This document shows, one piece after another, positions 49,812-62,561 of a stretch of 64,000 nucleotides of DNA; the stretch's first letter is position 1; every line of letters begins with the position of its first letter. A program made the translations under genes and the position numbers. Origin of the DNA: Mobula hypostoma (taxonomy: Eukaryota); assembly GCF_963921235.1 (NCBI RefSeq), contig NC_086097.1, positions 148,740,001-148,804,000 on the forward strand, in the 5' to 3' direction. Under the pieces are notes generated by a model. That model saw only the letters and a list, made by a program, of their open reading frames with translations. It was not told where the DNA came from and searched no databases.

Positions 49812-52800
49812 ATGCAAACTGAATTGGTAAAAATAATTTCCTATAATGTTAGTGGGGTTTTGAATCCAATTAAAAGAAATAAGATTATGTCTAAATTGAA
49901 AAAAGAGAGGGCACAAATAGCTTTCCTCCAGGAAACACATATGAGCCAATCTGAACATGGAAAATTAAAAAGAATGGGCTTTAAGCATATATTTTATTCA
50001 TCATATAAATTGAGTCACAAAAGAGGGGTAGCTACTTTAATATCAAGTACTCTTAATTATGAACATATTTCAGAGACTAGAGACAAAGAAGGACGGTTTG
50101 TAAAAATCACAGGAAGAATAGAAGGTACAGAAATAACATTGCTGAATGTTTATGCTCCTCCAGGTAGTGAATGGTCATTTTATAGACACATTTTTGACCT
50201 AATGGTCAGTTCTCGAGGGGTAGTAATTTGTGGAGGGGATTTTAATATTAGATTAAATCCTATATTAGATTCTTCAAGAATAGTTACTCAGAATAAACCT
50301 CTGACTCAGAAAGTGAATTCATTGATGGAGGAGTTGGGAATTATAGATGTCTGGAGGGAATTACACCCTACTAGTAAAGATTATACATATTACTCTTTCC
50401 CTCATTCAGCCTATTCAAGGATAGACTATTTCTTTATCTTTAATACAGATAGACTCAGGATAAAAAACTGTAATATTGCAACAATTGATCTGTCGGATCA
50501 TAGCCCAGTATCTATGTCTCTAATCCTGGAAAGGAAAATGAGGAAAACACTATGGAGGCTAAACTCACATATACTCAATAACCCAAAAGTAATGGAGAGA
50601 TTAAGGGGAGAAATCAAAGAATATCTAGACCTTAATGACACGGGAGAAACATCACCAGTGATTTTATGGGATACATTGAAAGCTGTACTGAGAGGGAAAA
50701 TTATTTCCATTACTACTCACATGAAAAAAATCAATGCACAAAAATTAGCAGGCCTTCAAGGAAAATTAAAACAACTTCAAGTTGTAGATAGCAACAAAAG
50801 TAATTCAAATCGAAAACAGGAAATTAGGAAATTGCAAAGTGAAATTGATGATATTTATACGTTGGAAACTCAAAGAAATTTTCTTTACCTGAGACAAAAG
50901 AATTATGAAGTAGGAGGTAAATCAGCTAGATTATTAGCATATAAATTACGAAAACAACAAGCAGACAATACAATTCATAAAATAAAGAATCCAAAGACAA
51001 AGCTTGTGGAGAGTACAATAGGGAAAATTCAAGAGAGTTTTGAAACATATTATCGAGAGCTGTACTCCCAACCCCGGGCCCCCAATGAGCCCTATATAGA
51101 CAGTGTATTGAATTTTTTAGATCTACCTAAACTTACAGATTTACAAAATGAAAGTTTATTAGAACCAGTAACTGTCAAAGAACTGAACGTGGCCATCTCT
51201 AGGTTAAAGGCTGGAATGTCCCCGGGTTCTGATGGGTTTACCTCAGAGTGGTACAAGTCCCTGAAGACACAGTTAGCCCCATTACTACTTAACACCTTTA
51301 ATTGGATCTTGCAGAGAGGAGAAACTCCACCTTCCTGGAGAGAAGCGATTATTTCAGTTATTCCTAAAGAGGGTAAAGATAAACTAGAATGTGGCAATTA
51401 TCGGCCAATTAGTGTTCTTAATTTAGATTACAAACTATTTACATCTATATTAGCGCGCAGATTGGAAAAGCTTTTACCTGGCCTAATCCGTTTAGACCAG
51501 ACTGGATTTATTCAACAAAGACAAACACAGGACAACATAAGGAGAACTCTGCACATATTAGAACAGGTTAATAAGAACGAGACAGAGACAATGGTAGTAG
51601 GATTGGACGCTGAGAAAGCTTTTGATTCGGTTAGTTGGGCATTCCTATACAGAGTGTTAGGAAGATTCGCCTTTCAAGAAAGGTTTATTAAAGTAATTCA
51701 GACTCTATATGACAGCCCTACAGCCCGAATTAAGATAAATGGGGACCTCTCTGACTCCTTCATTTTAGAGACAGGCACTAGACACGGATGCCCAATTTCT
51801 CCTCTCCTTTTTGCGCTATATATTGAACCACTTGCCCAACTAATAAGACAGAGCGAAATCGTAAAAGGTATCAAGGTGGCAGGGATTGAACAGAAAGTGG
51901 CATTATTCGCAGATGATGTTTTGGTCTATCTGAGTGAACCAGAAAAATCATTTATAGGATTGTTGACACTGTTGGATGACTTTGGGAAAATATCAGGTTA
52001 TAAAATAAATGTAAAGAAAACGCAGGTTATGTCCCTAAATTATACACCATCCAAAAAATTGCAGGATACATACGATCTTAAGTGGGAAGCTAAATCATTA
52101 AAATATTTAGGAATAACCCTGCCGAAGGATCTTTCAACACTGTCACAGGTAAATTATGGGCCATTAATCTCAGAGATAAAAGCAGATATGCATAGATGGA
52201 ATCTTATCCCCTTTTTAAGTTTAAATTCAAGGATAAATACTATAAAAATGAATATTCTTCCTCGGTTATTATATCTTTTCCGTACTTTACCAGTGGAGGT
52301 GGATGATAATCAATTCAGGGAATGGGACAAATGGATTTCCCGCTTCATTTGGCAAGGAAGGAAACCTAGAATTCGATATAACACCTTACAGTTAGGGAAG
52401 GAAGGAGGAGGTATGGTTCTTCCTTGCCTGAGAAATTATTTTTATGCCTCACAGATAACCCCTCTGTTATATTGGTGTAATAGGGAATATAAGGCTGGAT
52501 GGAAGGAAATAGAATTTGGATTAGTTGACAGTTTTCCTCTTCAGGCCTCAATAGCTGACAAAGGATTGATGGCCCAGTTGGAGAAATTTAATAATGCTTG
52601 GATAAATCTTACATTAAAAGTATGGCAGAAGGTGGTTAATTCATGTGGAATTAATAACATGTTAAAACTCTTTAGATGGTGTGCATATGATACCGAATTC
52701 CTTCCCAACAGAGGAGATAAAAGATTTGAGCTATGGATAAAGAAAGGTCTTACAACCTACCTCTCATTTATAGATAAAAGAGTATTACAAAGTTTCCAAA

Positions 52801-53600
52801 TCCTGCAGGACAAACATGGCCTAGAACATAATGACTTTTTTAGGTACTTTCAAATACGAAACTATGTTAACCAGAGTTGTAGATATACAGACCTATCAAC
52901 AGTAGAATTAGAATTTTTCAAGATTCTGAATTCGGCTTGCAGTTCAATACCTAGTAAATCAGTTTCTCGCCTATATAATGCACTCTCCCATGCTAAATAT
53001 GTAAATACACTGTATATTAAAGAGAAGTGGGAGAAAGAAGCGGGGTTGGTACTTTCAGAGGAGGCTTGGGGGAAAATCTGCAGCTTTCAATAGTCCTCGA
53101 CTAATTCTTTGACTTGGAGAGAACATTGTTGGAAAAACATTATAAGATACTTCAAGACCCCATATCAGGAAAAATATAAAGATACAAATGTGATGTGTTG
53201 GAGAAGGTGCGGCTCCAAGGAGGCAAATCATTTTCATATTTTCTGCGATTGCCCTAAATTAAGTCTATTTTGGGAAGGTATTCATAGAACATTAGTTAAG
53301 GTACTTAGGTCCCAGATACCTCTGAACTTTGAGACGCTCTATTTGGGGCATGTATTGTTCCTTGAACAGAAGGAAGATATAAAATTGCTGCAGGCCCTCT
53401 TAGCGGCAAGTAAGAAATCAATCACTAGAAAATGGCTAAATCCAATACCACCTACATTAGAAGATTGGTACGAAATTATCTTGGAAATATTTAAAATGGA
53501 AAAGTTGACTTACTCCCTGAGAACTCAAAAAGAAACATTTTATCAAATCTGGAATAAATGGATTGAATATATAACCCCAATGCGAGCAGACTTTAGATGA
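49812..53600 (+). pseudogene. L1 ORF2 (APE endonuclease, RT, C-terminal Cys-rich domain); open for 1093 aa, one in-frame TAG at 53091-53093
   Basis: EN motifs SYNV.G, FLQETH, GGDFN, SRIDY, SDH; RT motifs YRPISVLN.DYK, LDAEKAFDSV, GCPISPLLF, LFADD, KYLG; the same frame continues after the stop to CWRRCG..EANHFHIF.DC and ends at 53600. Confidence 0.93.
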
Positions 53601-54874
53601 CTCTCCTAATGATTTATACTGCTCTTCTCATCAACACAGTAATATTGCTAACGTAAGCACCCCTAGTCTAAATGTTTGTTTTTTTTTGGAAAATAGAGAA
53701 ATTAACACAAGTAAAGGGAAAGATTTGGGAAAGGGATAAAAAAAAAGAAAAAATTAAGTAAATAAGTACATAGGGATTGGATAATTATGTCTGCGGGCAG
53801 GAACAAGCACGAACAAATTGGGATATAAACACCTACAATGGTTGGTATATAGGCTTGTATGCAACATTTTGGACCAGTGGAAATGGTCCAGAAGGGTTGT
53901 ATGGAAACTATTATTACCATTTTTCTTAACAACTAATTTCATTACTTAGCCTAATAGGTTAGATTTACCACAGTACATAATTATCTATTTAAATGTTTAT
54001 TTTCCTTTTATATCATCTCAATGTGTACTTAAGAATGTATAAATAATTGTAGTTTTATACATATATAAAAAAATGGAAAAGGTTATATGTGTGAAAAAAG
54101 TACATGATATTTGTGAATTCCTTATCCAAATAAAAATAAAATTAAAAAAAAAAAGAAAATCTTGCTCTGCAATATATTGACCCACTATCACCATCAACAT
54201 TCTTCTTGCAACGAAGTGTGTGGTATATTCCTAGGAAGTATGATAGAAAAAACCTCCTTTTCTTAAACAATTGTACTCTGGGCAATTTGGATAAGATCCG
54301 AAAAAGAGTAGGTTAAAAGTGATGGAGCAAATTTCACTGAATTTCAAATCCTAGAACTCTAGAACTTCAGTGAGGAAAGGAAGAACATGTGCATTTACAA
54401 AGATGCAGAATTCCAGCCAGATTGTTCTCTTATTTATTTTTCTTAGAGCAAATATTGCTTATACAAATTCTATAATATACCCTGCAGTGTAAAATTTAAT
54501 CCCTGGTGGGCAGTTAGGCACAGACCTGTTCTTCCCTTGCTCCATGATCCTGTTTTTCTAGTTTTTGCTGACACAGACTGATCAGGTGCCTGAGAGGTCA
54601 GTGGATGCCTGACCCAAATCCCTGCAGGCTGCCCCAGTAAACATACCGCGTAATTGCTGTAATAGAAGGGAAATGACTTTAATCCATTTTTATAGACTCA
54701 GCATGAATGCACAAAAACACAGACCCAGATACTATTTCAGAAAGAAAATTAAATTAGTCAAAGTAAAGATTAAGTAGAGATACTCCATTATATAAATGTT
54801 CACAAAATATGATGCAAATGTCTCAAGCTCATTTTCCATTGTCCCTACTGATTCAAGTACCTAACAGCCTGAAT

Positions 54875-55525
54875 CTTCTTCCAGTAAGATGGCGGTGCGA
54901 TGCAGTGCAGGCGGCCGTTCCGAATATCGATTATGTGTTAACTAGGGGGCCGTGCACAATCCCGATTTGATGGAGACAGCCGTGAGAAGCATGGAGGAAC
55001 ACCCGGAGAAACTTCTGAAATGCCTGCTTCGCTGCCGCTGCTACTGTGCAATCGATCAAGAATCTCCGGAGGCGAAGGCCCCAGATCCTCAGCTTTGCCT
55101 ATTGCCTGTTGCCGGGGTCTGGGTCGAAGCGCTCAGCAGAGATGGTGCTCGGTGCTCAGTGTCTGAGTGCTGGTCGGAGGCTCGGAGTTTTCGGACGGAC
55201 TCGGAGTTGGACTGTGGTCGGATGCTTCCAGCATGCTGCATCGGCAAGTTGGAGGTGCTGGAGGTTTACCGTCTGCGTGAGATGATGGGACTTTTGAGAG
55301 ACTTTGAGACTTTTACCGTGTTATGGTCTGTTCTTATCGAATTACGGTATTGTTTTGCACTGTTATAACTATATGTTATAATTATGTGGTTTTTTGTTAG
55401 TTTTTAAGTCGGTTTGTCTTGTGTTTCCGTGATATCATTCTGGAAAAACATTGTATAATTTCTTAATGCATGCATTACTAAATGACAAAAAAAGAGGACT
55501 GCCTGTCCTCATAATCTAAAAAAAA
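54875..55525 (+). mobile_element. non-autonomous retroelement (SINE-like), CpG-rich, fairly young
   Basis: Starts cttccagtAAGATGGCG (YY1-like), no coding capacity, 3' end 'aaatgacaaaaaaagaggactg...ataatctaaaaaaaa' resembles Rex1-like tails; flanked by a direct repeat. Confidence 0.55.
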
Positions 55526-55544
55526 CAGTATCTAACAGCTTGAA

Positions 55545-56605
55545 TCTTCCTCCAGTAAGATGGCAGTGCACACTGTCACAGCAGCCTTACTGGGTCCAAA
55601 CAAAGGTGTGATTGTTCATCCTTTATGTCTTTTTTTATGATCACAAAACACTGCTGGATATTGAGAGCCTCAAGTACTGCAGGCCTACCCCGTCAGCAAG
55701 TTGCATTAAAGTGGTGGAACTAGATTTGTTGTGTACCATATTGTTGCTGCCTGCCACAGCAAGACCCTGGTGGACATTGTTAATGTAGAATACTAAATAC
55801 TACAAGTCTGGTTCACTGGTTCATTAATGAAACTGACAGCGAGGGAGTTGCGTGGTCTCGACTGTTGCGTAGACTGGGTCCTCATGCTGCCCAGTTACCT
55901 GTCGCAGCTGCCCAGGAGAGGAGATGCCCAAGGCAGTGTGGCACGATGGGCATCCATGCTGGGTTAGGGGTGGCCCCTCCCATCAGTGCTGCCCTCGGGT
56001 GTTCACTTGGTGGAAGACAAGCTAAACTGTCTGTGGTAAAGCATGTATATATGTTGTAACTGGGTTAACTGTCTGGACACGCCCCTCTGCTGACTGCCCC
56101 TGTGGATCCTCCCACAGAGTCCTATATAAAGGTGATTTTGCCTTGCCCCTCCCCCTCAGTCCGGGGGCAGACACTCACCGTGGAGGTTGTATTGTACAGC
56201 GAATAAAAGCCTTTCGGTATTTTACCAAACTTCAGTCTTTTGGAGTTATTGAAGGTGCTTCACTGTCTTCCTCTTGGGCCACATTAGTGCGAGATGAAAA
56301 ACCTCTTCTTGTTCTTGCTGAAAACATGGCTCCAGGACAACATCCCATGCACCATCAATCTATAGACCATGACTCCCAGAGACTTGGGCTATATTATTAT
56401 TACTTTTTTCTCTCTGTGACTGTATGCTGTACTGCTATCATGATCATATTGTATGTGCTACATATGCCTTGTGCTGTGTGTGACTATTCTCCTGCATTTT
56501 TGTGCTGTGTTTGACTATTCTCCTGCATTTTGCACCTTCGCCCCAGAGGAATGCTCTTTCATTGCGTATGGGTGAATGACAATTAAACTTGAACTTGAAC
56601 CTTTG
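55545..56605 (+). mobile_element. older non-autonomous retroelement with Rex1-like tail, interrupted by a solo LTR
   Basis: Starts ...ccagtaagatggca; ends 'tgaatgacaattaaacttgaacttgaac'; 31-bp tandem duplication at ~56469-56530. Confidence 0.5.
56032..56262 (+). mobile_element. short solo LTR (231 bp), Gypsy-like
   Basis: TG...CA termini, perfect 5-bp TSD ctgtc (56027-56031, 56263-56267), TATATAAA at 56123-56130, AATAAA at 56202-56207. Confidence 0.85.
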
Positions 56606-58382
56606 AATTCGTAAAATACAAACCAAACTTCTAACACCTGGGGTGTTAGCAGTAAGAATGCATTTTCTCTCCATTCTGCTTTCATCCTTATTCCAGCATT
56701 GTTAATGGTGAACTAAACCAAAAGCCTGCATGCTAATTTTCAACGTTGTCAAAGCTTTTGCTGGTATTTCAGGGCTATGGTGGAGAGGTGTGAGTTCAAT
56801 TTACTAGATCTCAAAACCACTGTTTACTTTATAGATTCTGCAGTCATGTCCATTTGTGTAGGAACATATGCCATAAAATGTAGATATTAAGGACAAATCA
56901 CAAAAGGTTGTAATATAATAAAGGAAAATAATTAATCTGCACAAAGCAATAGCACAGTATCCCATGTAGCCAACCTTCACAAACAGAATACCATCTAATG
57001 ATAAACTTGGTGCTACCTGGCAGAGTGCCATTTGATGATTCAGCTAAAAGTAGTATGTAACCATGCCTCGGGTAACTAGTCCAGATTCATCTAGGTGTAA
57101 AACCAGGCTAATGCTTACCTGGTATTGGATACGTACCTAAAGATGTCATCTTGTGTGCAGTGCACATTTCCATGACTACCAACCAAGATGTGAAATGTGG
57201 AAGATCAGGGAAGGGTCAAGTGTCCCTGACAACTACATCTGCAGGAAGTGGATCCAGTTGCAGCTCCTCTCGAAGTGCATACATCTATTGGGCTGAGAAG
57301 CAGACAGAACTTAGAAAGTATTATAGATAGGAGCTTCGAGGAGATGGTCACACCAAAGGGTCAGCCAAAGGGATGGGTGACCATCAAGAGGATTTGGCAA
57401 GTTAGTGCAGGAGTCTCCAATGGCTATTCCCTCTCAAACAGGTAAAACATTTTGGATACTGTTGTGGAGGAATGTGTCCTCTGAGGAAAGCAACAGCAGC
57501 AGCCAAATAAGTGGAATGATGAAAGGCTCTTTTGTACAGAAGGAAAGGTCCAAGGGTAAGTAATAATGATAGGGAACTCAATGGGAGGGTCACAGACAGA
57601 CACATCTGTGGCCATGAGTGAGACTCCAAGATGGTGTGTTGCTTCCCTATTGCTAGGGACAAGGGCATCTCTGAGTAGTCACAAGCCATTCTGAAAGCAG
57701 AGGGTCATTTCAGGTCACAGTATATATTTTTACTGATAACATAAGCAGGATGTGGTCCTGCAGAGGTTATTTTGGACGTTGTGTTTGAAGTTACAGAGTA
57801 GAACCTTGTGTAATCTTAGGATTACCCCCTGTGCTACGAGCTAATGAGGCAAGAAATAGAAAGACAGTACAGTTGAATGGGTGGGGCTAAAGAGCTGGTG
57901 TAGAGAGGGAGGGGTTACAAATATCTGGCTTGTTGGCCTCTCCTCCAGGGCAAATGAGACCTATACGAAAGGGATAGGTACACCTATACTTGCAAAATGG
58001 TTTGGTAATGCTACTCAGGAGTGCTTAAACTAATGTGACACGTGGTTGCAAACCAGAGCAGTAGGTTCGTATGGGGAGAAACTGAGGAGAAAGTAGTGGT
58101 AACGTCAAGTAAATGTTATAAGTCGGACAGGCAGAGAGAGCTACATTAACCAGTGTGGTGGACCGATGATCTGAACTGTGTTTATTTAACCTACAGTACA
58201 AAGTGCTATGGCTAAGGCCGATGAGCTTAGAGCCTGGAACAGTACATGAAACTGCCATGTTGTAGGGATTACATAAACTTGTTTAAGAAAAGGACTGCCA
58301 ACTCAGTTTCCCAGACTTTATCTAGATTGTTCAGTTGCGATAAAGAGGAATGAGAAAGAGCTGGGAGTGCGAAGGTGGGTAA

Positions 58383-59530
58383 GTTCAAAGTTCAAAATAA
58401 AATTTATTATCAGAGTTCATACATGCCTCCACATACAACCCTGAGGTTCTTTTTCCTGAGGGCATACTTAGCAAATCTACAGAACAGTAACTGTAAACAG
58501 GATCAATGAACAACAAGCTGTACAAATGCAAATGTAAATAAATAGCAATAAATAACAAAAGTATTAAATAACAAGATAGAGTCCTTAAAGTGAGACTCTT
58601 GGTTGTGGGTACACCAGAAATAGAATAAGTGTAGTTATCCACTTTCGTTCAAGAGCCTGATAGTTGAGCGATAGAAACCATTCTTGAACCTTGGTGGTGC
58701 AAGTTCTGAAGCACTGGTAGCTTCTACCTGATGGTTGAAGCAAGAAAAGAGCTTGGCCTGGGTGGTGAGGATCTTTGATGATGGATGCTGCTTTTCTATA
58801 GCAACATTTCATGCAGATGTGCTCAGTGGTAGGGAGGGTTTTATCCATGATGTACTGGGCTGAATCCACTACCTTTTGTAGGATTTTCACTCAAAGGCAT
58901 TGGTGTTCCCATACCAGGCCGTAATGCAGCCAGTCAGTACACTTTCCACCACACATCTATAGAAGTTTTTCAAGGTTTTTGATGACATGTCAAATCTCTG
59001 CAGACTCCTCGGGAAGTATAAGTGCTGTTGTGCTTTCTTCGCAATTACATTCATATGATGTGTCCAGGACAGTCCTCTGAGTGAGTGACACCCAAGAATT
59101 TAAAGTTATTGACCCTCTCCAGCACTGATACTCCACTGAGTACTGGCTCTTGGACCCCTGGTTTCCCTCTCCCAATATCTACAATTAGTTCCTTGATTTT
59201 GCTGACAATGAGTGAAAGGTTGTTGTAATTACTCCACTCAGCTAAATTTTTTATCTCCTTCCTGTATGCATATTCATCACCACTTTTGATACAGCCCACA
59301 ACAGTGGGTGTCATCAGTGAACTTGTATATGGTGTTGGAGCTGTACTTAGCCACACAGTCATAGGTGTAAAGTGATCGAGGGGCCAAGCACACATTCCTG
59401 TGGAGCACCTGTGCTGATGGAAATATTGCAGGAGATATGTTTTGCCAAGCTCAAGTGAGGAAATCCAGGATCCAATTGCACAAAGGGATATTGATGCGCA
59501 GGTATTGGAGTTTACTGATTAGTTCTGAGT
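58383..59530 (-). mobile_element. Rex1/Babar-type LINE 3' portion
   Basis: Minus strand ERVNNFKFLGV, KAASIIKDPHHPGQALF..QPSGR; tail (tttgaac)n at 58383-58395. Confidence 0.88.
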
Positions 59531-60262
59531 CGTTGAGGTTAAGTCACCAGGGCTTGTTGGAATCTATCCCAAGGTACAGTACTAAGGGAAGCAAGGGAAG
59601 AGATTGCTGAGGCTTTGACAGAGATCCACAGTAGACACAGCTGAAGTCCCAGGAGAATGGGAAATATCCAATGTTGTCCTTTGTTGAAGAATTATAGGCT
59701 GGTGAGACTTAAATTAGTGATAGGGGCACTATTGGAGAAGATTCATAAGGACAGCATTTGGAAAAAATGTGTGTTTATTAGGGACAGCCAGTGTGGTTTT
59801 GTGCAGGGGAGATCCTTTCTCACAAATTTTAATGAGCTTTTTTTGAGGAGGTATTTAAGATGATTAATATGGATAGGACAGGTGCCATGTACATGGACTT
59901 TAGTAAAGTAGTTGATAAGGCCTCACAGGGTCTCCTGGTCCAGAAATGAATTCATAAATTGGATATAAAATTGGTTTGGTCTTAGACAGAGCGTAGTCGT
60001 GGTGGGGTGTTATTCTGACTGAAGGTCTGTTACCACAAGACCATAAGAGCAGAATTAGGTCATTCGGCCCATCATGGCTGATTTATTATCCTTCTCAAGC
60101 CCATTCTTCTTACCCTACCTTTAACAGCTTGATTAATTAGGAACCTATCAACCTCCACTTTAAATATACCCAATGACTTGGACCCCACAGCTATCTGTGG
60201 CAATGAATTCCACAGATACACTACCCACTGGCTAAATAAATTCCTCCTCTTCTCTGTTCTAA

Positions 60263-62561
60263 GTGAATTGGGAATAAAAGGATCCTTGTCTGGTTGGCTG
60301 CCAGTGACTAATGGTGTTCCGCATGGGTCGGTGGTGACCACTTCTTTTTATGCTGTATATAAATGATTTAGATGATGGAATAGATGGCTTTGTTGCCAGG
60401 TTTACAGATGATACGAAGATTGGTGGAGGGGCAGGTAGTGTTGAGGAAATGGGTAGGATGCAGAAGGACTTAGACAGATTACGAGAATGGGCAAGAAAGT
60501 GGCAAATTAAATATAATGTTGGAAAATGCATGGTCATGCACTTCGATTGTAGAAATAAATGTGCAGACTATTTTCTAAATGGGGAGAAAATCCAAAAATC
60601 TGAGATGCGAGGGGACTTGGGAGTCCTTGTGCAGAACACCCTAAAGATTAACTTGCAGGTTGAGTCGGTGGTGAGGAAGGCAAATGCTATCTTAGCATTC
60701 ATTTCAAGAGGTCTAGAATACAAGAGCAGGGATGTGATGCTGAGGCTTTATGCAGCACTGGTGAGGCCTCACCTTGGGTATTTGTGTACAGTTTTGGGCT
60801 CTTCATCTTGGAAGAGATATGCTGGGATTGGAGAGGGTCCAGAGGAGGTTCACAAGGATGATTCCAGGAAGGAAAGGGTTATCATACGAGGAATGTCTGA
60901 TGCTCTGGGTCTGTACCCACTGGAATTCAGAAGGATGGAGGGAAACTCACTGAAACCTTTCGAATGTTGAAAGGCCTAGACAGAGAAGATGTGGAAAGGA
61001 TGTTTCCCATGGTGGGACAGTCTAGGACAAGAGGGCACAGTCTCAGGATAGAGGGGCGTCCATTCAAAACAGATGCTGAGAAACTTCTTTAGCCCAAGGG
61101 TGGTGAATTTGTGGAATTTGTTGCCACATTCAGCTGTGGAAGCCAGGCCGTTGGGGTGTATTTAAGGTAGTAATTAATAGGCCCTTGATTGGACATGGCA
61201 TCAAAGGTTACGGGGAGAAGGCCAGGAAATGGGGTTGAGGAGAAGGAAAAAAAAGATCAGCCATGATTGAATGGCGGAGTAGACTTGATGGGCCAGATAG
61301 CCTAATTCTGCTCTTATGTCTTATGGCAGCTGTCCCCAACCACCGGGCCGCAGACAGGTGCCAGGCCGCAAAGCATGTGCTACTGGGCCGCGAGGAAACG
61401 ATATGATTTGGTGATATGAATCAGCTGCACCTTTCCTCATTCCCTGTCAAGCCCACAGTTGAGGTTGTACGCACGCGAGGTCATTACCCGCGCGTCATCC
61501 ATGTCAGCACGGGAAGGAGATCAACTCCTTAAGCTTGCAAATGACGGTGGCCTGAAAAGTATGTTTGACATAACATCTCTGCCGGCATTCTGGATCAATG
61601 TCAAGGCTAAATATCCTGAGATAGCCATGAAAGCACTGAAAACATTGCTTCCATATCCAACATATCTCTGCAATGAATGCAACGAAAACTAAATTGCAGA
61701 ATAGACTGGGCATAAGGAACCCCGTTCGAGTATCGCTGTCTCCCATCACCCCTCGATGGGATCGTCTCGTTGCAGGGAAACAAGCCCAGGGCTCCCACTG
61801 ATTCAGCAATATTGGTGTATTGCAATTATTTTATATGTTCATACGGGGAAAATATGTGCTGTGTGTTTAATATCCAAACGTTACTTAAAATGTTATGATG
61901 CTATTGACTTGTAAGTGCCTTATATAACCATATAACAATTACAGCACGGAAACAGGCCATCTCTGCCCTTCTAGTCCATGCCAAATGCTACTCTCCCCTC
62001 GTCCCACTGAACTGCACTCAGCCCATAACCCGCCATTCCTTTCCTGTCCGTATACCTATCCAATTTTTCTTTAAATGATAATATCGAACCTGCTTCTGCC
62101 ACTTCTACCGGAAGTTCGTTCAACACTTACTTCAAGCTCCCCTGTCCTCCCCTGATAATTGACTTATCACTATATTCATGAGAGGAAAATATGCGCTGTG
62201 TGTTTAATATTAAATTCGTTAGATAAACCCTTTTAGAAATGAAATTGAATGTATTAGCCACTTAACACCTATATACCGGTCGTGATTAACACCCCCCCAC
62301 CGAACAGAATCGCCAAAAATGATTTGTAGAAAAAAATCGGCACGTACACGCATGCGCACCGGTGCCTGCGCAAGGCTTCATGGTCATTGTAGTCTTTCTC
62401 AGGGTAAACACAACATATGTTTGTATTTGACTGCTATTCTTGTCCATTGGCAACCCTACCCCCACCCCCCCACCGAGTCGACCGGTCTGCAAGAATATTG
62501 TCAATAAAAAACCGTCTGCATTGCAAAAAAGGTTGGGGACCCCTGTCTTACGGTCTTATGG
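60263..62561 (+). mobile_element. CR1 LINE 3' portion with a hAT element inserted in its tail
   Basis: Translation WLPVTNGVPHGSV, YINDLDDG...FTDDTKIGG, LVRPHL; tail tcttatgg repeats on both sides of the hAT. Confidence 0.88.
61327..62545 (+). mobile_element. complete non-autonomous hAT (Charlie/Buster-like) element
   Basis: TIRs cagctgtccccaacc / ggttggggacccctg; 8-bp TSD tcttatgg/tcttacgg; transposase C-terminal fragment FWINVKAKYPEIAMKALKTLLP and GKQAQGSH*. Confidence 0.9.

Larger units (their letters stand above)
48325..54152 (+). mobile_element. full-length L1-clade LINE, recent insertion
   Basis: G-run 5' end, two ORFs, AATAAA plus poly(A) tail, perfect 17-bp TSD aagaaaatcttgctctg (48308-48324, 54153-54169) at an A-rich target. 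Confidence 0.96.

Noticed and set aside
53109..53600. Separate 163-aa third ORF of L1
   Set aside because: In frame with ORF2; it is the C-terminus cut off by a single nonsense mutation.
60033..61325. Twin-priming inversion of a single CR1
   Set aside because: The minus-strand 3' end differs from the plus copy's own 3' end and resumes after 62561, so it is a separate older element that was interrupted.
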